A stretch of DNA of 64,000 nucleotides, taken from assembly GCF_009834535.1 (NCBI RefSeq), contig NC_045707.1, positions 50,594,001 to 50,658,000 of the forward strand. Reading direction: 5' to 3'. Positions 24,225-36,257 of this stretch are shown here, piece by piece. The notes under the pieces were generated by a model. The model ran no database searches and had not been told where the DNA came from. It saw nothing but the letters and a program-made list of their open reading frames with translations. The position numbers and the translations under genes were made by a program. The DNA is from Camelus ferus (Eukaryota). Every line of letters starts with the position of its first letter. The first letter of the stretch is position 1.

Positions 24225-25310
24225 TTTCTGATTAAATATGGTGGCCTGACCATAAACTCTTGTATTTTTCTCTTAAAATCATACTAAAATGACCATGAAA
24301 GGATTTCAAAAATGGTACAAACCAACAAGGAAAATGTACACAGGAGAAAGGTGGTGATAACTAAGTTTTATAAGCTTAAAGTCATATAAGCAAGTTATGA
24401 ATGATTTTAAAAAAATCAAAGAAAGCTGAAGCTTACTCCAGAAGGGTGGGAAATTCTGAAGCAAGCTAGTCACAATGCAGAAGCCCAGCAAAGCTCAGGA
24501 ATGAGAAACACCAGGTACACTGAAGTGGGGTAGGGGTACTATATACATAGTAGCTCAAACCCTAGATCTACTCCCATGCTCCTGACAGTCAGGAACTTAC
24601 CTCCCTCCCCAGGCCCAGCAGAAGATTAGTATTTATTTCCTAGAAAGGTTGAAAATGAGGGACACCATATACAGGTGGAGGCAAGGGCATCACAATAAAT
24701 ACAGGGGAGTAAAGAGCAAAACAAAAGTTTATATATAAACAGTGGGCCTCCTTGACTCTTTTAGTTATGAATGAGTAGCTGGTAGTCAGTTTCTTATTCC
24801 CTGAAGGTACTACATTGCAGGATTCCTCTCTGAAAAACTGATAAGCCTAAGAAAAGGGGTCTTCAGTCTTCAGTACTGGTTCTCCAATGAAACAACCCAA
24901 CCAAATCACCCCATGGTGAAGCCCAGAAGTAGACAAGATTGTCTTCATACACTGAACATCCAATCAGCATTGTAGCCTGTCTTACAGATAAAAAAGCTGC
25001 CAACAATCAGCAAACTGGAGAGAAAATCCTCTCACATGAAAGGTAGAGATCAAAACAAACAATACAAAAAAAAAAAAAAAAAAGTGAAACTGAGGTAATA
25101 AAACAGGAGTAAACTTTCTGTAGAAACTGTAATTGAAGAGAAATTAAACTGCATTATAACAGCAGGAGGCAGTAAGAAAGATTCAGAGGAAAAAGCTAGT
25201 CTTGAAAATTAAAAAAAATAAACAGACACAATAAATTCAAAGAAGTTGGAAGATAAATTTGAAAAAAAAATCCTAGAAAAAAGTAAAGAGATAAGGAAAT
25301 AAACAGATAA
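24225..25310 (+). mobile_element. Ancient L1 (L1ME-like) 5' region/ORF1 remnant
   Basis: A-rich strand bias, 'gattaaatatggtggcctgac' start-like motif, 'agaagttggaagataaatttgaaaaaa'. Confidence 0.5.
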
Positions 25311-26074
25311 ATCTGATTTTCTTTATAAACCTTATATAACTGTTTCACTATGTAATTATGTAAGTAAATTATGTAAAAAATTTATGTAAGTAGTTTTTAA
25401 AACCTGAAGGTAGAATTGAGTCTGGAAATTGGGGATTAACGCAACCAGATCTGCAACTTCTTAAGAAACTGGATTCTTTCCTAGAAGAGAAGAGGGTGTG
25501 TAGCAGGAAGGAGAGAGCTGACTAAGGGCTACTACCTTGATCACCTGTAGAAACAAGATTTTCTCTAGACTGTGTTAGTGAGGCTAGTTTTCAAGTGAGC
25601 ATTGAAACTTTTATTTGAGGCTACGTGCTATCAGAAACTAGAGATACTGCAGGAAATGTTGGGGCAGGAAAAAACACAGGAAGATTTTTAATTGTGGTTA
25701 TAAAGTGCCAGTAAAATTATAAGAGTACTGGCACACGTCTGAGTTAGGTAAAGTGACCACAATTATAGAAGATTTTCAGCACCCAGGATTAATCATCTTA
25801 CTTGATCTCAAAATTGTCCGTGCAGGCATTTTGGTGGCAGAGGGATAGTTAGTAACATGGAGAAAAAGCTGATTAAAGAGTCCATATATGTATTAAAATT
25901 TAAGCAACGTTTTTAGTGAGCCATGAGAGAAGATCTTGTGGACCACAGCTTAAGAAATTGGCCCTGATTAGAGCCGTTCACTGCCAAAGCAACTGACAAC
26001 AAAGCCTTACTGAGAGGTCTTCCCTAATGTGTGAGTTACATACATATCTAATCTCTTTCCCCCTAATTACATAT

Positions 26075-26640
26075 ATATTCATTCAACAAACATTTATGAA
26101 CCACCAGTAGTTGTCAGACACTGTTAGGTAACAGAGCTTCAAAGAAAATAACCAGACACAGTCTTTGTTTCATGGAGTTTATAACCTCCTGGGGAATTTA
26201 ATCAGCATGGTAGGCAATTCCAATAAGGGTTAAAGTCATCAGAAGGAGGAGTCAAAGGTACGGGTGACTTATTTAAGAGCATTTAATTAAGCAAATAGGG
26301 GAGTGGGTATCAAAGTGTTTTAGGCAGAAGGATCAGTGTGTGTTAAAGTCCTGGGACAGAAAAGAACATGCTGCCTTCAAGGAAGTGAAAGGCCTTCCAC
26401 ACTGGTCAGTGTGTAGGGGAGAAAGAGAGGAGACAGAATGGCAAGTAGAAGTGAGTTTTTTCAGGACTAATAGTATATTGTGGATTAGGGACTTTATTCC
26501 AAATGTAATGGGAAGATGTTGAAGAGTTTGAAGCAGAGTCTGATCAGTTTTGAGTCTTGCAATATTGCTCTGACTCCCCCAAGATGATCTGAGCAGAGGA
26601 GAGGAAAAATAGATTCACGGAAGCCAGTTGGGAACTTCTG
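26075..26640 (-). mobile_element. L2 3' end
   Basis: 'attcattcaacaaacatttatg...gtcagacactgttagg...gggaagatgttgaagagtttgaagcag'. Confidence 0.8.
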
Positions 26641-26834
26641 TATCTTGCTAACATTTTGTTGAATTTTTTGTACCTTATATTTGCTGCTTTATTTTCCTTA
26701 ATAAGAAATTCAAAACAGGGACTAGTTCTTTGATATGTTTTTAAGATTCAAATGGCTGTTTCTTTAGTGGCCAAGAAACCCAAATTGCTGAAATTTGAAA
26801 TCATACTTGGTAACCAACAATAGGTTAGGACAAG

Positions 26835-26837
<3 letters not shown>

Positions 26838-26869
<32 letters not shown>

Positions 26870-26891
26870 TGTGCGTGTGCATGTGTGTGTG
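26838..26891. repeat. (TG)n/(CG) alternating purine-pyrimidine microsatellite
   Basis: Directly visible. Confidence 0.95.
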
Positions 26892-27454
26892 GTGAGGCGA
26901 TGTCGGGAAGGGAGGTGGAGGGGGCATAAAAACTGGGTTCTCTCCAGAGTCTGCTTTATTTCTCTTGCCTTGTGTCTGCCAGCCTTCAGGGACCAAACTC
27001 TTGCTTGAAGCACTGGGCTTGTCAGGGCAGCCTCTTGGCTGTGATGTTTTGTGTAAAGCAATCAGTTACCACAAAGCAGCACAATTTCCTTCATTAACTG
27101 TCAGCCTACCTCTTGTGTAACTTTATTATTTTAAGTTTAAAAATGAATATGTAAACTGAGGTCGAAAGGTGTGTGTTTTGATAGGAAAATGGATTTGCAA
27201 AGTTAAGGGCATGCCCTCATTTTCCCTGATATAAACCTTTGCCTAATTTTAAGTGTAACATCAATCAAATGAGTTTGGGAAGAGAAAAAGTTTCAAGTAA
27301 GATCTGAAATCCCTCTCTTCGAAAACTTTAATTTCTTTTCCACTTTTCTTCCAGCCTGAGGCTGCTTAGAGAATACTGGAGAGAGGCTTATATAGTTGAT
27401 TACATAAGCAGAAAACTCACTCTGTGTCAATTCTACGGCATAACTGACTGATCA

Positions 27455-29060
27455 CTGTTCATTCATTTACACAAGTAGTTATGAAGCAGCACTGTTGTAG
27501 GCTCCAGGACCCTTGCACTCAAACAGTTTTCTCCCAGTTTGAGTGATGTAAATCAGCAATGATAATGTTGATGGGCAATTACAATTACAGTAGGTAGATG
27601 TGGTTCAGAAGTGAAAGGGCATTTAACTCAGACTTGGATGTTGTTTTAGGTGGAGGGCAGAGTGTTCGAGAGAAGTTTTTCTCTGGATGCACAGAATTGT
27701 CCCAGGCACAGCAGTGGAGAAGAGTGTTCTAAAGCAGAGGACAGAGCATGGCATGCCACACAGCCAGAGAGAGTATGGCCCTTTGGGGTTAAGCATAGTA
27801 CTATGTGTGAGAAGACTGCGTGGGTGATGGGAACAACAGCACCTAAGGCTGAAGAGCTAAGCAGGGGCCAGATCATGGTGTGAGCCATGCACGGTGAGGA
27901 GTTTGGGTTCACAGTACTCCGTGGGCAGAGGGGAGCCATAAAAAGTCTTAAACAGAATACCATCTTTAGATTTGCTTTTGGACACATATCACTATGACTG
28001 CAAGGCAAAAATAAATGGACTGGAGACAAATGAATCAGTTAGGAGGCAAAGTAATTTTGGCAAGAGACAGTGACATACTCTATGCTGGGGTAATGAGGAT
28101 AAGGAGAATTAGGTGGAATAAAGAACAATCTAGAAGTAGATTAATAGGACTGGATGATTAATTTGGATATGGGCAGTGGCGGTGCTAAGGGAAAGAGTCA
28201 GAAATCATGCCCGTTTCAGGTTGGGATATTAGAAGTGGGCACGTTTGAGTGTACAGTGCCTGTGGGACATCTAAAATGAGATTTGTAGTAGAAAATTATA
28301 TTTATGGTATTTGGAGTTCAGTGGGGATGGACGGATAGATGGAAGGGAAGTATTTTATCATGAAAGACTCTTTCATTCACAAATAACCTCACCTATACAA
28401 TCAAGGACAAGTATTGGCTTACATTTTGGAAAAGTCCAGAAGTAAACTTAAGGTCCCAAACTTATCTGGATCCAGGACTTAAATGAATTAATTAGGACTT
28501 AGTTTTTATCTGCTTTCCACAGTGATGACCTCATTTTTCTGACCTCCAACAATACTGTGCTTAACATCATTCTTACCATCAGCAATCCCAGCAGAAAGAA
28601 CATAATTCTTCCTTGATGGCTTCAACAGAAGTCCTAGAAAAGACTCTCCTTGGCTCTGTTTGACCTGACTTGGATTCTAAGGAATCCCTAATTCAACTTC
28701 TGTGGCCAGATTGAAGGGATAAAAATGTCCCCTGCAGTGAGGCCATCCACACATTATAAAATGAACATCAGAAAACTGATAAAAATGTCCAGGAAGGTGA
28801 TGGGAAATTATAGTGTTAAGAAGCCAATAGCAGAGTATATTCAAGAAGGAGGAAATGGTCAGTTGTGATTAATAATGGTGCTAAACCAACTAATAAAATA
28901 ATATAAAATATGCGTCTGATTTAGCAACAAAATGATGATTTATGACCTTGGCAAAGAAGTTTCCATGTGTAGGGGGTTAGAAGAGAGAATGCAGTGCTAC
29001 AAATGAAAAAATGGTAAACTGGTGGAGGCTGGGGGAATAAACAATTCTTTTGATTATGAA
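27455..29060 (-). mobile_element. L2 fragment interrupted by an old MLT1-type LTR (about 28350-28720)
   Basis: 'gttcattcattt...ggggccagatcatg...gggagccat...tttgagtgtacagtgcctgtgggacatcta'; resumes 'agaagccaa...tcaagaaggaggaaatggtcagttgtg...tgaccttggcaaa'. Confidence 0.75.
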
Positions 29061-29489
29061 GAATTGAGCACCAAGATGGTACTCAGGTTCACAACTGCAG
29101 CTGCTTTATTCTGGGAGCAAATAAACTTTACCACTAATGGAGTCACCTCCTGCTGCCCCTCTTGGCACTACCTCTGCCTTCTTGCAATGCCAGCCTCTCC
29201 TTGTGAGACAGAAGAAACTGACACTGTCCCTAACAATAACAATAGCAAAAGAAGGGCTCAAGACCAAAACAAGGACCACATCAATTTCTAAGGCAGCAGG
29301 GCAGAAGGATCATGAGACAAAGTTTAAGAATGAAAGAACGAAAAGAATATATGACACAGTAATGGCTTACAAGAATATATGACACATTTTTAATGACACA
29401 TATCCATCTCTAATTTGATGAGCATCCATCATTAGATTTTTATAAACTGTGTTTGGGTCTATTTCTAATGTCTTCATATGTGTCAGGAT

Positions 29490-29745
29490 GGTACAGTAGT
29501 TAATTAAATGGACTTTGAGATTAGAGAGATTACGAACTGGCTCTAACACTTCCTACTTGTGGTTCTTGGAAAAATTCACAAAGTTCTGTACACCTAACAT
29601 TCTCATTAGTAGAGGGTGGCCAACAATAATAATACCCATTACACAAACACAAAGATTAAGTTACATAATGTAAGGGAAGCATGTATCATCATGCCAATCA
29701 CATATAAAGCATTCAATCAGTGTTTACTACCACTGCTATTGTTAT
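29490..29745 (+). mobile_element. MIR SINE
   Basis: 'ggtacagtagttaa...ggactttgag...ctggctctaacacttcctacttgtg...aagattaagttacataatgt'. Confidence 0.65.
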
Positions 29746-30451
29746 TAAATCTTTTTTTTTTAATTTAACCTCTCTTCATTGCACATTAACTAACTACTAT
29801 ATCTAAGTGATAAGTTTTGTTCAACAGTAAGTGATGATGGGCTAGGTTAAAAAAAGTTTAGTGAATTTTTTTCTCAATTTGTGACATGCAAACTAAACCT
29901 TTATACTTATATTTCAATATATAATAATATGGACATCATTAATTAATAATTCAAAATGCAAAAGAGAAAAAAGAAAGAAAAAAATCAAGATGCTCGTTCA
30001 CTTTGTACAATCAGATAACATTGTTTTTCTTAACCTAAAACTCAGTTTCCACAAGTAGTCGTGGAATTTATTAAGCATTCACTCATTTTCAGCATTTTCA
30101 CTAAATAAATCCATGGTATTCTTGGTTCAAGTTCCAGCAACCCTAGATTTGCAATAGAGCCTGGTGTCAATTTAATAAATGTCTTCAGCATCTTACTTTG
30201 GCTATAAAATGGCAACCAAAATATTTACCATATAACATAATGTTATTTAGTGACAACAAGTTTCTTTTTCCCACTTCCACTGTAATTTTTTTTCTAATCT
30301 ACATCAATTGTTGCTGATACTAAGCTAAATTATGGTTCTGACTACTAACGATGGATTCACAACATAGTAACATCTCACGTGGGAATTAGTTAAGCTCAAC
30401 AAGATTTTTCCTCCAGCCTTAGAATAGAATTATGTTTGTTTTTCCCTTGTT

Positions 30452-30485
<34 letters not shown>

Positions 30486-31684
30486 TGGTTAATCACCAGA
30501 TGAGAGCTGGCTTGTATGGAAGGCATTTAGATCCCATGACATAGAAAAAAAAATTTACTGTGTGTTTAAAAATGAGGATTACACTTACGGCAGCAAGATG
30601 CTTACACTCAGGTATTTGAGAATGGAGACAACTGGAGAAACAGCACATTCATGTCACCCATTTCATGCTCACTCAGAGCCATAAATTTACCCTGTGGACA
30701 GTGGACAAAATCAACTGATCTTTCTCTCTCTCTGCACATGTATAATTGACTTGAAGTCACAGAAGTATACCATGCTACTCCACTGCAATATTTACCAGTA
30801 CACAAGATTTTTTAACATCTAGGAACAATTTTTTTTACAAATATATGTGAGAGTTAGACTCAATATTTCTAAGAGGTTTTTAAAAAAATATTTTAAAATA
30901 TACAAAGAAATAACACTCAAAGAATTTGGCAGAGCTGTTGACCAAATTATGAACTATGCTAGGAGAATAACAATGATAACAAAGGACAAGTTATGGGGCC
31001 AAAATATCCAGAATAGTTATTTGCTGGGCCCTTCTATTACAGCTGGGCTGCACAACAAAAATCTAGAACTATCTGCCTCTTTCTGATATGGGAGAGGAAG
31101 AGTACGGGAAGGGCTGACAAAGCTGTATGACCATGTTGAAGGCACTAACTGGTGCGACATACGTAGACAGTAAATCATCTTGGTAACTGACATGGAAGTG
31201 TTTTCTGGGTAAACACAAAAGCAGCATTCCCCTACCCACACAGCTTCAAAAGATATCCTAACATATCTTTCACATAGTAAACCTCACATAGTAAACCAGT
31301 AAAATGGTTTTTCTGTTTGTTTTTCTTTCCTGCTAGGAGCAATTTTATTAATTTATATAGATATGCTGCAGGTGAGTGAGTGGTATATTAGGCTCCACAG
31401 ATTAATAGTTAAAATTGAAAAATGGGCATTTTTTCCTTCCTGAGGATAGACTCAGTAAATGGTAATATACGTATAGAGTCATTGATTCCTATGTAAATAA
31501 AGTAAAAATGGAGCATGAATTTGAGGCAAAAAGGAGAAATACATTGTCCTTCCCCCTACAAGGCCTATGCTGACTTCCGTTATCTTCAAAAAATAGGTCC
31601 ACCATTTCTTTTTCGCTATTATTTTAGACATTTAACACAGTGCTGCAAACATTTGTTTGAAGAAAATGTGTAGATGAAGATTCA

Positions 31685-31765
31685 GAAAAAAGGAGGCAGG
31701 AAGGAAGGTGGGAAAGAAGGAAGTAAAGAAAGAAGGAAAGGAAAAAGAAAGAGGGAGGAAGGAGC
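31685..31765. repeat. GA-rich low-complexity (GGAA-like) tract; a second one lies at about 32288-32356
   Basis: Directly visible. Confidence 0.75.
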
Positions 31766-34039
31766 TATTAAAATACACTGGTGAACTTACAAAAGTTGTA
31801 ATAAACTGGTAGTGTATTAAAGTCATATGGCTACATTTAAAAAAAACACAAAATTTAAAAACCACAACAAATTAAGTCTGAAATGAAAATCACTTAATTT
31901 TGTCTCCAAGAGTGCTTACTAAAACAGAGTAATTATCTAAGACCCTTAGAGTTGAGTTTATTTTACTTTGTAAAGTACATGCCTCCCTTGCAGTGATCTC
32001 TGAAGTGTAATAAATCAGTGTTGGACTGTAAAAAGCCCTCAGCTCAGAGGGCTATTGGTAACGGAGGTAAGCATTAAATGGCAAGTACATAGACTATTCT
32101 GATGTTGAGGCTGCATTAGGACGGATCAGGTTTTAATTGGGCATTTTGTAAATAAAGCACTAAAGTCTTTTCACATAAGTAGAAGGTACAAAGAATCACA
32201 TTCCCAAGGAAATAATTCTTTTTAATGAAAAATTTTACACATCACTTAATACAAAAGGGCATACACTTTGGACCACCCTGTCCATTAGAAAGGAAAGAAA
32301 GGAAGAAAGGAAGGATGAAAGGAAGGAAGGAGGGAGGAAGGAAGGAAAGGAGGAATTAAATTAGGAATATCTTTAAGAACTTTTCCCTAGAAACTTTATT
32401 GAAAATTCTGAAAAACTGAATAAAATGCATTCTGTGTACCAACAATGGTAATATTATACCTCTTACTAATCATCAAATGAAGTTGTAATCAGTAAGAAAC
32501 AACTGAATATCATTTGAATAGAGATTTATCTAAATACTGCCTGTGCATGTATTCTCTCGCTTGAGTTTCTTTTTAAAAATTTGAGCTAATATTACTTTAA
32601 CCATCCTTTACCACAGTTATACAGATGAAACTGTTGCAGCAAATTAACTTACTCACCAACGTATATACTAGTTTGGGGAGTTTGTTGGGACAGGGGCAGG
32701 TCTCTGATTACAAAGCTCTTTGCCTCATACCACATTGAAATCTCATTATTTTTAAAAGTAGATCATCTCTGGGATCGATTTCAAAGACAAAGTCTAGATT
32801 TCATACTAATATGTCAGTTATTCAAGTTAGAGTTCATGGCTTGGCTGGAGGTAGGGAGGACAGGAGAGAAGATGAGTTTCTTTGGAGACCTTCTTTCACG
32901 TACCACTGTTTCTAGTGTTAGGCACGGCAGAAACAACAAAGGTAACAAAGAAGAGAAGCTATTGATTCCTGGTCCCTGAATTTAAGTCCCATCCTATTTG
33001 GAAAGAGCAAATGCTTTCTCCCTTTTCCCAAGTTCTTTCCCTGGTTTCTTCCCTCCTCTTCCACTAGCCCCTTTCTGCAGATGGTGGGGGAGGCATAACA
33101 GGACAACGAGGAGGAGGAGGAAGTGGAGGAGGAGGAGGAAGTGAGAGCCAGGAAGACGAGACTGAGGAGTGAAGGTTCTCATTGGTGAAAGTAGAGAAAG
33201 AATCACAGGGCTCGCTCAACTCAGATTCTACTTGGCTTCTGAGGAGCTGCCCATCCTCAGGCCTCCCTCATCTGTTCTGCTTCTGTGCACCAGGTCAGAG
33301 CTCTGTGCTCTACAGAGGCAGGCTGAGATCCTCCTTGTGGTCAGCTGGGTTATACCGATGCTCTGAAAGTCTGTGGGTGACTTCTAGGTCTAGATGTGAG
33401 GGAGGGAGCAGCAGAGGCTAATTTACCCCCAGTTTTCATTGTGCCTGCCAGTCTAATATTATAGGGCTGCTCATTTATCTCTGGCTCCTGGTACAGAATT
33501 CAGAAGAGTTGACTAGACATTTCCAGAATCCCAAAATAGTCCATTTTATTGTCATCATTGCTACTAAGAAAGCAGAATATTTGACAGACCAAAGAGAATA
33601 AATTGATAAAACTGGTCCCCTTAAAGACTGTAACACAATTTTAAGAAGGTAAAAAAAATACTTGTTATGTTTTCAATTTTCTCCAATTACTGCAATAACA
33701 AAATGGGAAGATTTCCAAGCCTTGCTTCTGGGGACAAATAAATCAAAGGTGGTAATTTAAAAAAGTGGATAATTTCATAAGTTTTGCAGCTTGACAGTAT
33801 TGCTTTAAAAATGGCAAATATTTGACACATTATGGTTTAAGAATATGCTTTCACATGTCTAATTGCTAGCTGATAGAAAGATATGAATCTGCTTTGAATC
33901 CAAAGTTTCCATCTGTCTAGCTGATGGCTTCAATGTGAGTTGGCTAATGAATTTTACTTTAAAAAATGAACACTTTAAATGAAGATACGAACATGTGCAT
34001 TTCTTTTTTTTCCTGAAGGCTGTAATGTGGTTATGTCTT

Positions 34040-34285
34040 CAAACCACCTAATCACCAAATTCCTTAGCCTAGAACAGTTTCCTGGTCAGGCACTCTGACA
34101 GCATCCTCTGCATCCGCTTTAGAGCTGTTATTGCAGGGGAAGTTAGGAGATTATTGGTATAATCATGGTTGATGGACCGCATCCCTTGGTAGTCTGTAGG
34201 CTCCGTGAATAGAGGGATCACAATTGTTTTGTTCATCATCATATTTCTGCTGTCCAGCAGAGAGTCCAATATGTGACGAGTAGAT
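34040..34285 (+). mobile_element. L2 3' fragment
   Basis: 'gtagtctgtaggctccgtgaatagagggatcacaattgttttgttcatcatcatatttc'. Confidence 0.65.
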
Positions 34286-34374
34286 GAACTTTAACCAAAA
34301 TTAATATGTCATAAATGTAACGCTGATACTAGAACCAGAAATATTTAAACCAGATATTAAAGAAATTTGCAAGA

Positions 34375-36257
34375 TTGGAGAATTTAAATCATTTATGTTT
34401 AAATTATTGATAGGACAAGAGTTACTATTGCCATTTTGTTCACTGTTTTCTGTTTTGTAGATCCTTTGTTCTTTGCTGCCTCTCTTGCTGTCTTCCTTTG
34501 TAAGTAGATGTCTTTCTGTGGTGGTGCGACCTGACTCCTTTATCATCAATTTTTGTATATCCGCTAGAGGGTTTCCTTTGTGGTCACCATGAGGCTTACA
34601 TAGACTATCTTACAACATCCTATTTTAAGCTGATAACAATTTACCTTCAGTAGCATCCAGAAACTTTTACTTCTCCTCACCCTGCGACCCTTACATTTTA
34701 GGTTACAGATGCTACAATTTATATCTTTTTATCTTATATATCCAATAACAAGTTATGATAGTTACTGCTACTTTTACACATTCTTTTTTTCTAAGTTTCA
34801 GAGTTGTGATTTACATGCCACTATTATAATATTAGAGAATCTGACTTTATATATTTATCTAGTCATGATGAGTTGATGAGTTTTATCTAGTCACGTTTTT
34901 ACGATATGAATTATCATCCTTTTATTTCAGCTTGCTGTCAGGGTCTCTAGTTGGGTGTGGCTACTCCCCTGGCTCTGAGGTCACAGAGGAAGTGCCATAG
35001 CTGGGCTCCCCAGTCCGGCAGGTTTGCTGTCCAGTGGCCCTGGTTGGGCGGGGCGACGGGTTATGCTCCTTGATTGGAAGGGGTCACTGGCTGGGCTCCC
35101 TCCCTGGGCAAGGCTGCAGGCTGTGTCTATCAAACCAGCTGGCCAATTGCTGAGCTCTGCTGTTGGAAGCGGGGGGGGGGGGGGGGGCTATAAAATGGGT
35201 TCCAAGGCTGGGACTGGATGGTCCTGTAGGCTAGGCTCTGAGGTTGCTCATGGAGATTGTTCTGGCTCTCTGGTTACATGAGGCCAGAGGCTGTGCTCAA
35301 CAGTTGGGCAGGATTGCTGGCTTGGCTTCCAGCCCAGGCAGGCCTTAGGATGTGTACAACAGCTGCTGGATCTCTGTGGCCACTCTTCCTGGAGGGGCAG
35401 AACTGGAGGCTCTGCTAAGCATTGGAGTGGAAGTGCAAATTTGCTCCCCAACCTGGGTGGACATTGTTGGAGGGATGTAAAGTGGTACAGCTGCCACGGA
35501 AAACAGTATGGAGATTCCTCAAAAAATTAAAAATAGTACTACAATATGATCCAGCAATCCCACTTCTGAATATATATCCTAATAATTGAAATCACTATCT
35601 TGAAGAGATATCTGCACCCTCATGTTCAATGCAGCATTATTTACCATAATCAAGACATAGAAACAGTCTAAGTGCCTGTAAATAGGTGAATGGATAAAGA
35701 AAATGTGGTATGTATGTGTATACACACACACACACACACACACACACTGGAATGTTAATCAGCCATGAGAAAGAAGGAACTACTGCAATTTGCAACAACA
35801 TGATGAGTCTTGAAGGCATTATGCCGAGTGAAATAAGTCAGAGAAAGGTAAGTACTCTATGCTCTTATATGAAAATTCTTAAAAAAAAAAAAAAAAAAAA
35901 ACTCCTAGAAACAGAAAGTGGATTGGTAATTGCTGGAAGGCAGGGACAGCGATGGAGAATGGGTGACAACAGTCAAAGGCTAAAAATGTCCAGTTATATA
36001 ATAAATAAGGTCTTGGGATCTAATGCATAACATGGTGATTATAGATAACAATACTGTACCATATACTTAAAAGTTGCTCAAAGTTCTCATCATAAATAGA
36101 AAAAAGAAAGAAAAGATAACTATGTGAGGTGATGGATGTGGTAAATACCCTTATTGTGGCAACAACTTCCCAATATACCGGTATATCAAGTCATCACATT
36201 GTACACCATAAACTTAAACATTATATGTCAATTATATTTAAGTAAAGCTGGGAGGAA
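34375..36257. mobile_element. Composite L1: minus 34375-35452 (ORF2 start, inter-ORF, GC-rich 5' UTR-like part) joined to plus 35455-36257 (ORF2 end, 3' UTR)
   Basis: Minus 'atggcaatagtaactcttgtcctatcaataat' ORF2 start near 34435; plus 'ggaaaacagtatggagattcctcaaaaaattaaaaatag...atgatccagcaatcccacttctg'; candidate degraded TSD 34360-34374 / 36258-36272 (11/15). Confidence 0.8.
35171..35187 (+). repeat. G17 homopolymer (a G11 run also lies at 37314-37324)
   Basis: Directly visible. Confidence 0.95.

Noticed and set aside
30648..30668. Minus-strand MKWVT resembling the serum albumin N-terminus
   Set aside because: Stop codon follows immediately and there is no further similarity; chance match
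31017..31241. Possible match to known GPCR alternative tails (OPRM1, PTGER3, HTR4)
   Set aside because: Compared from memory and found no real match, so no gene symbol was assigned
34935..35452. GC-rich island as a gene promoter or CpG island
   Set aside because: Few CpGs, and it sits between L1 pieces; better explained as an L1 5' UTR remnant
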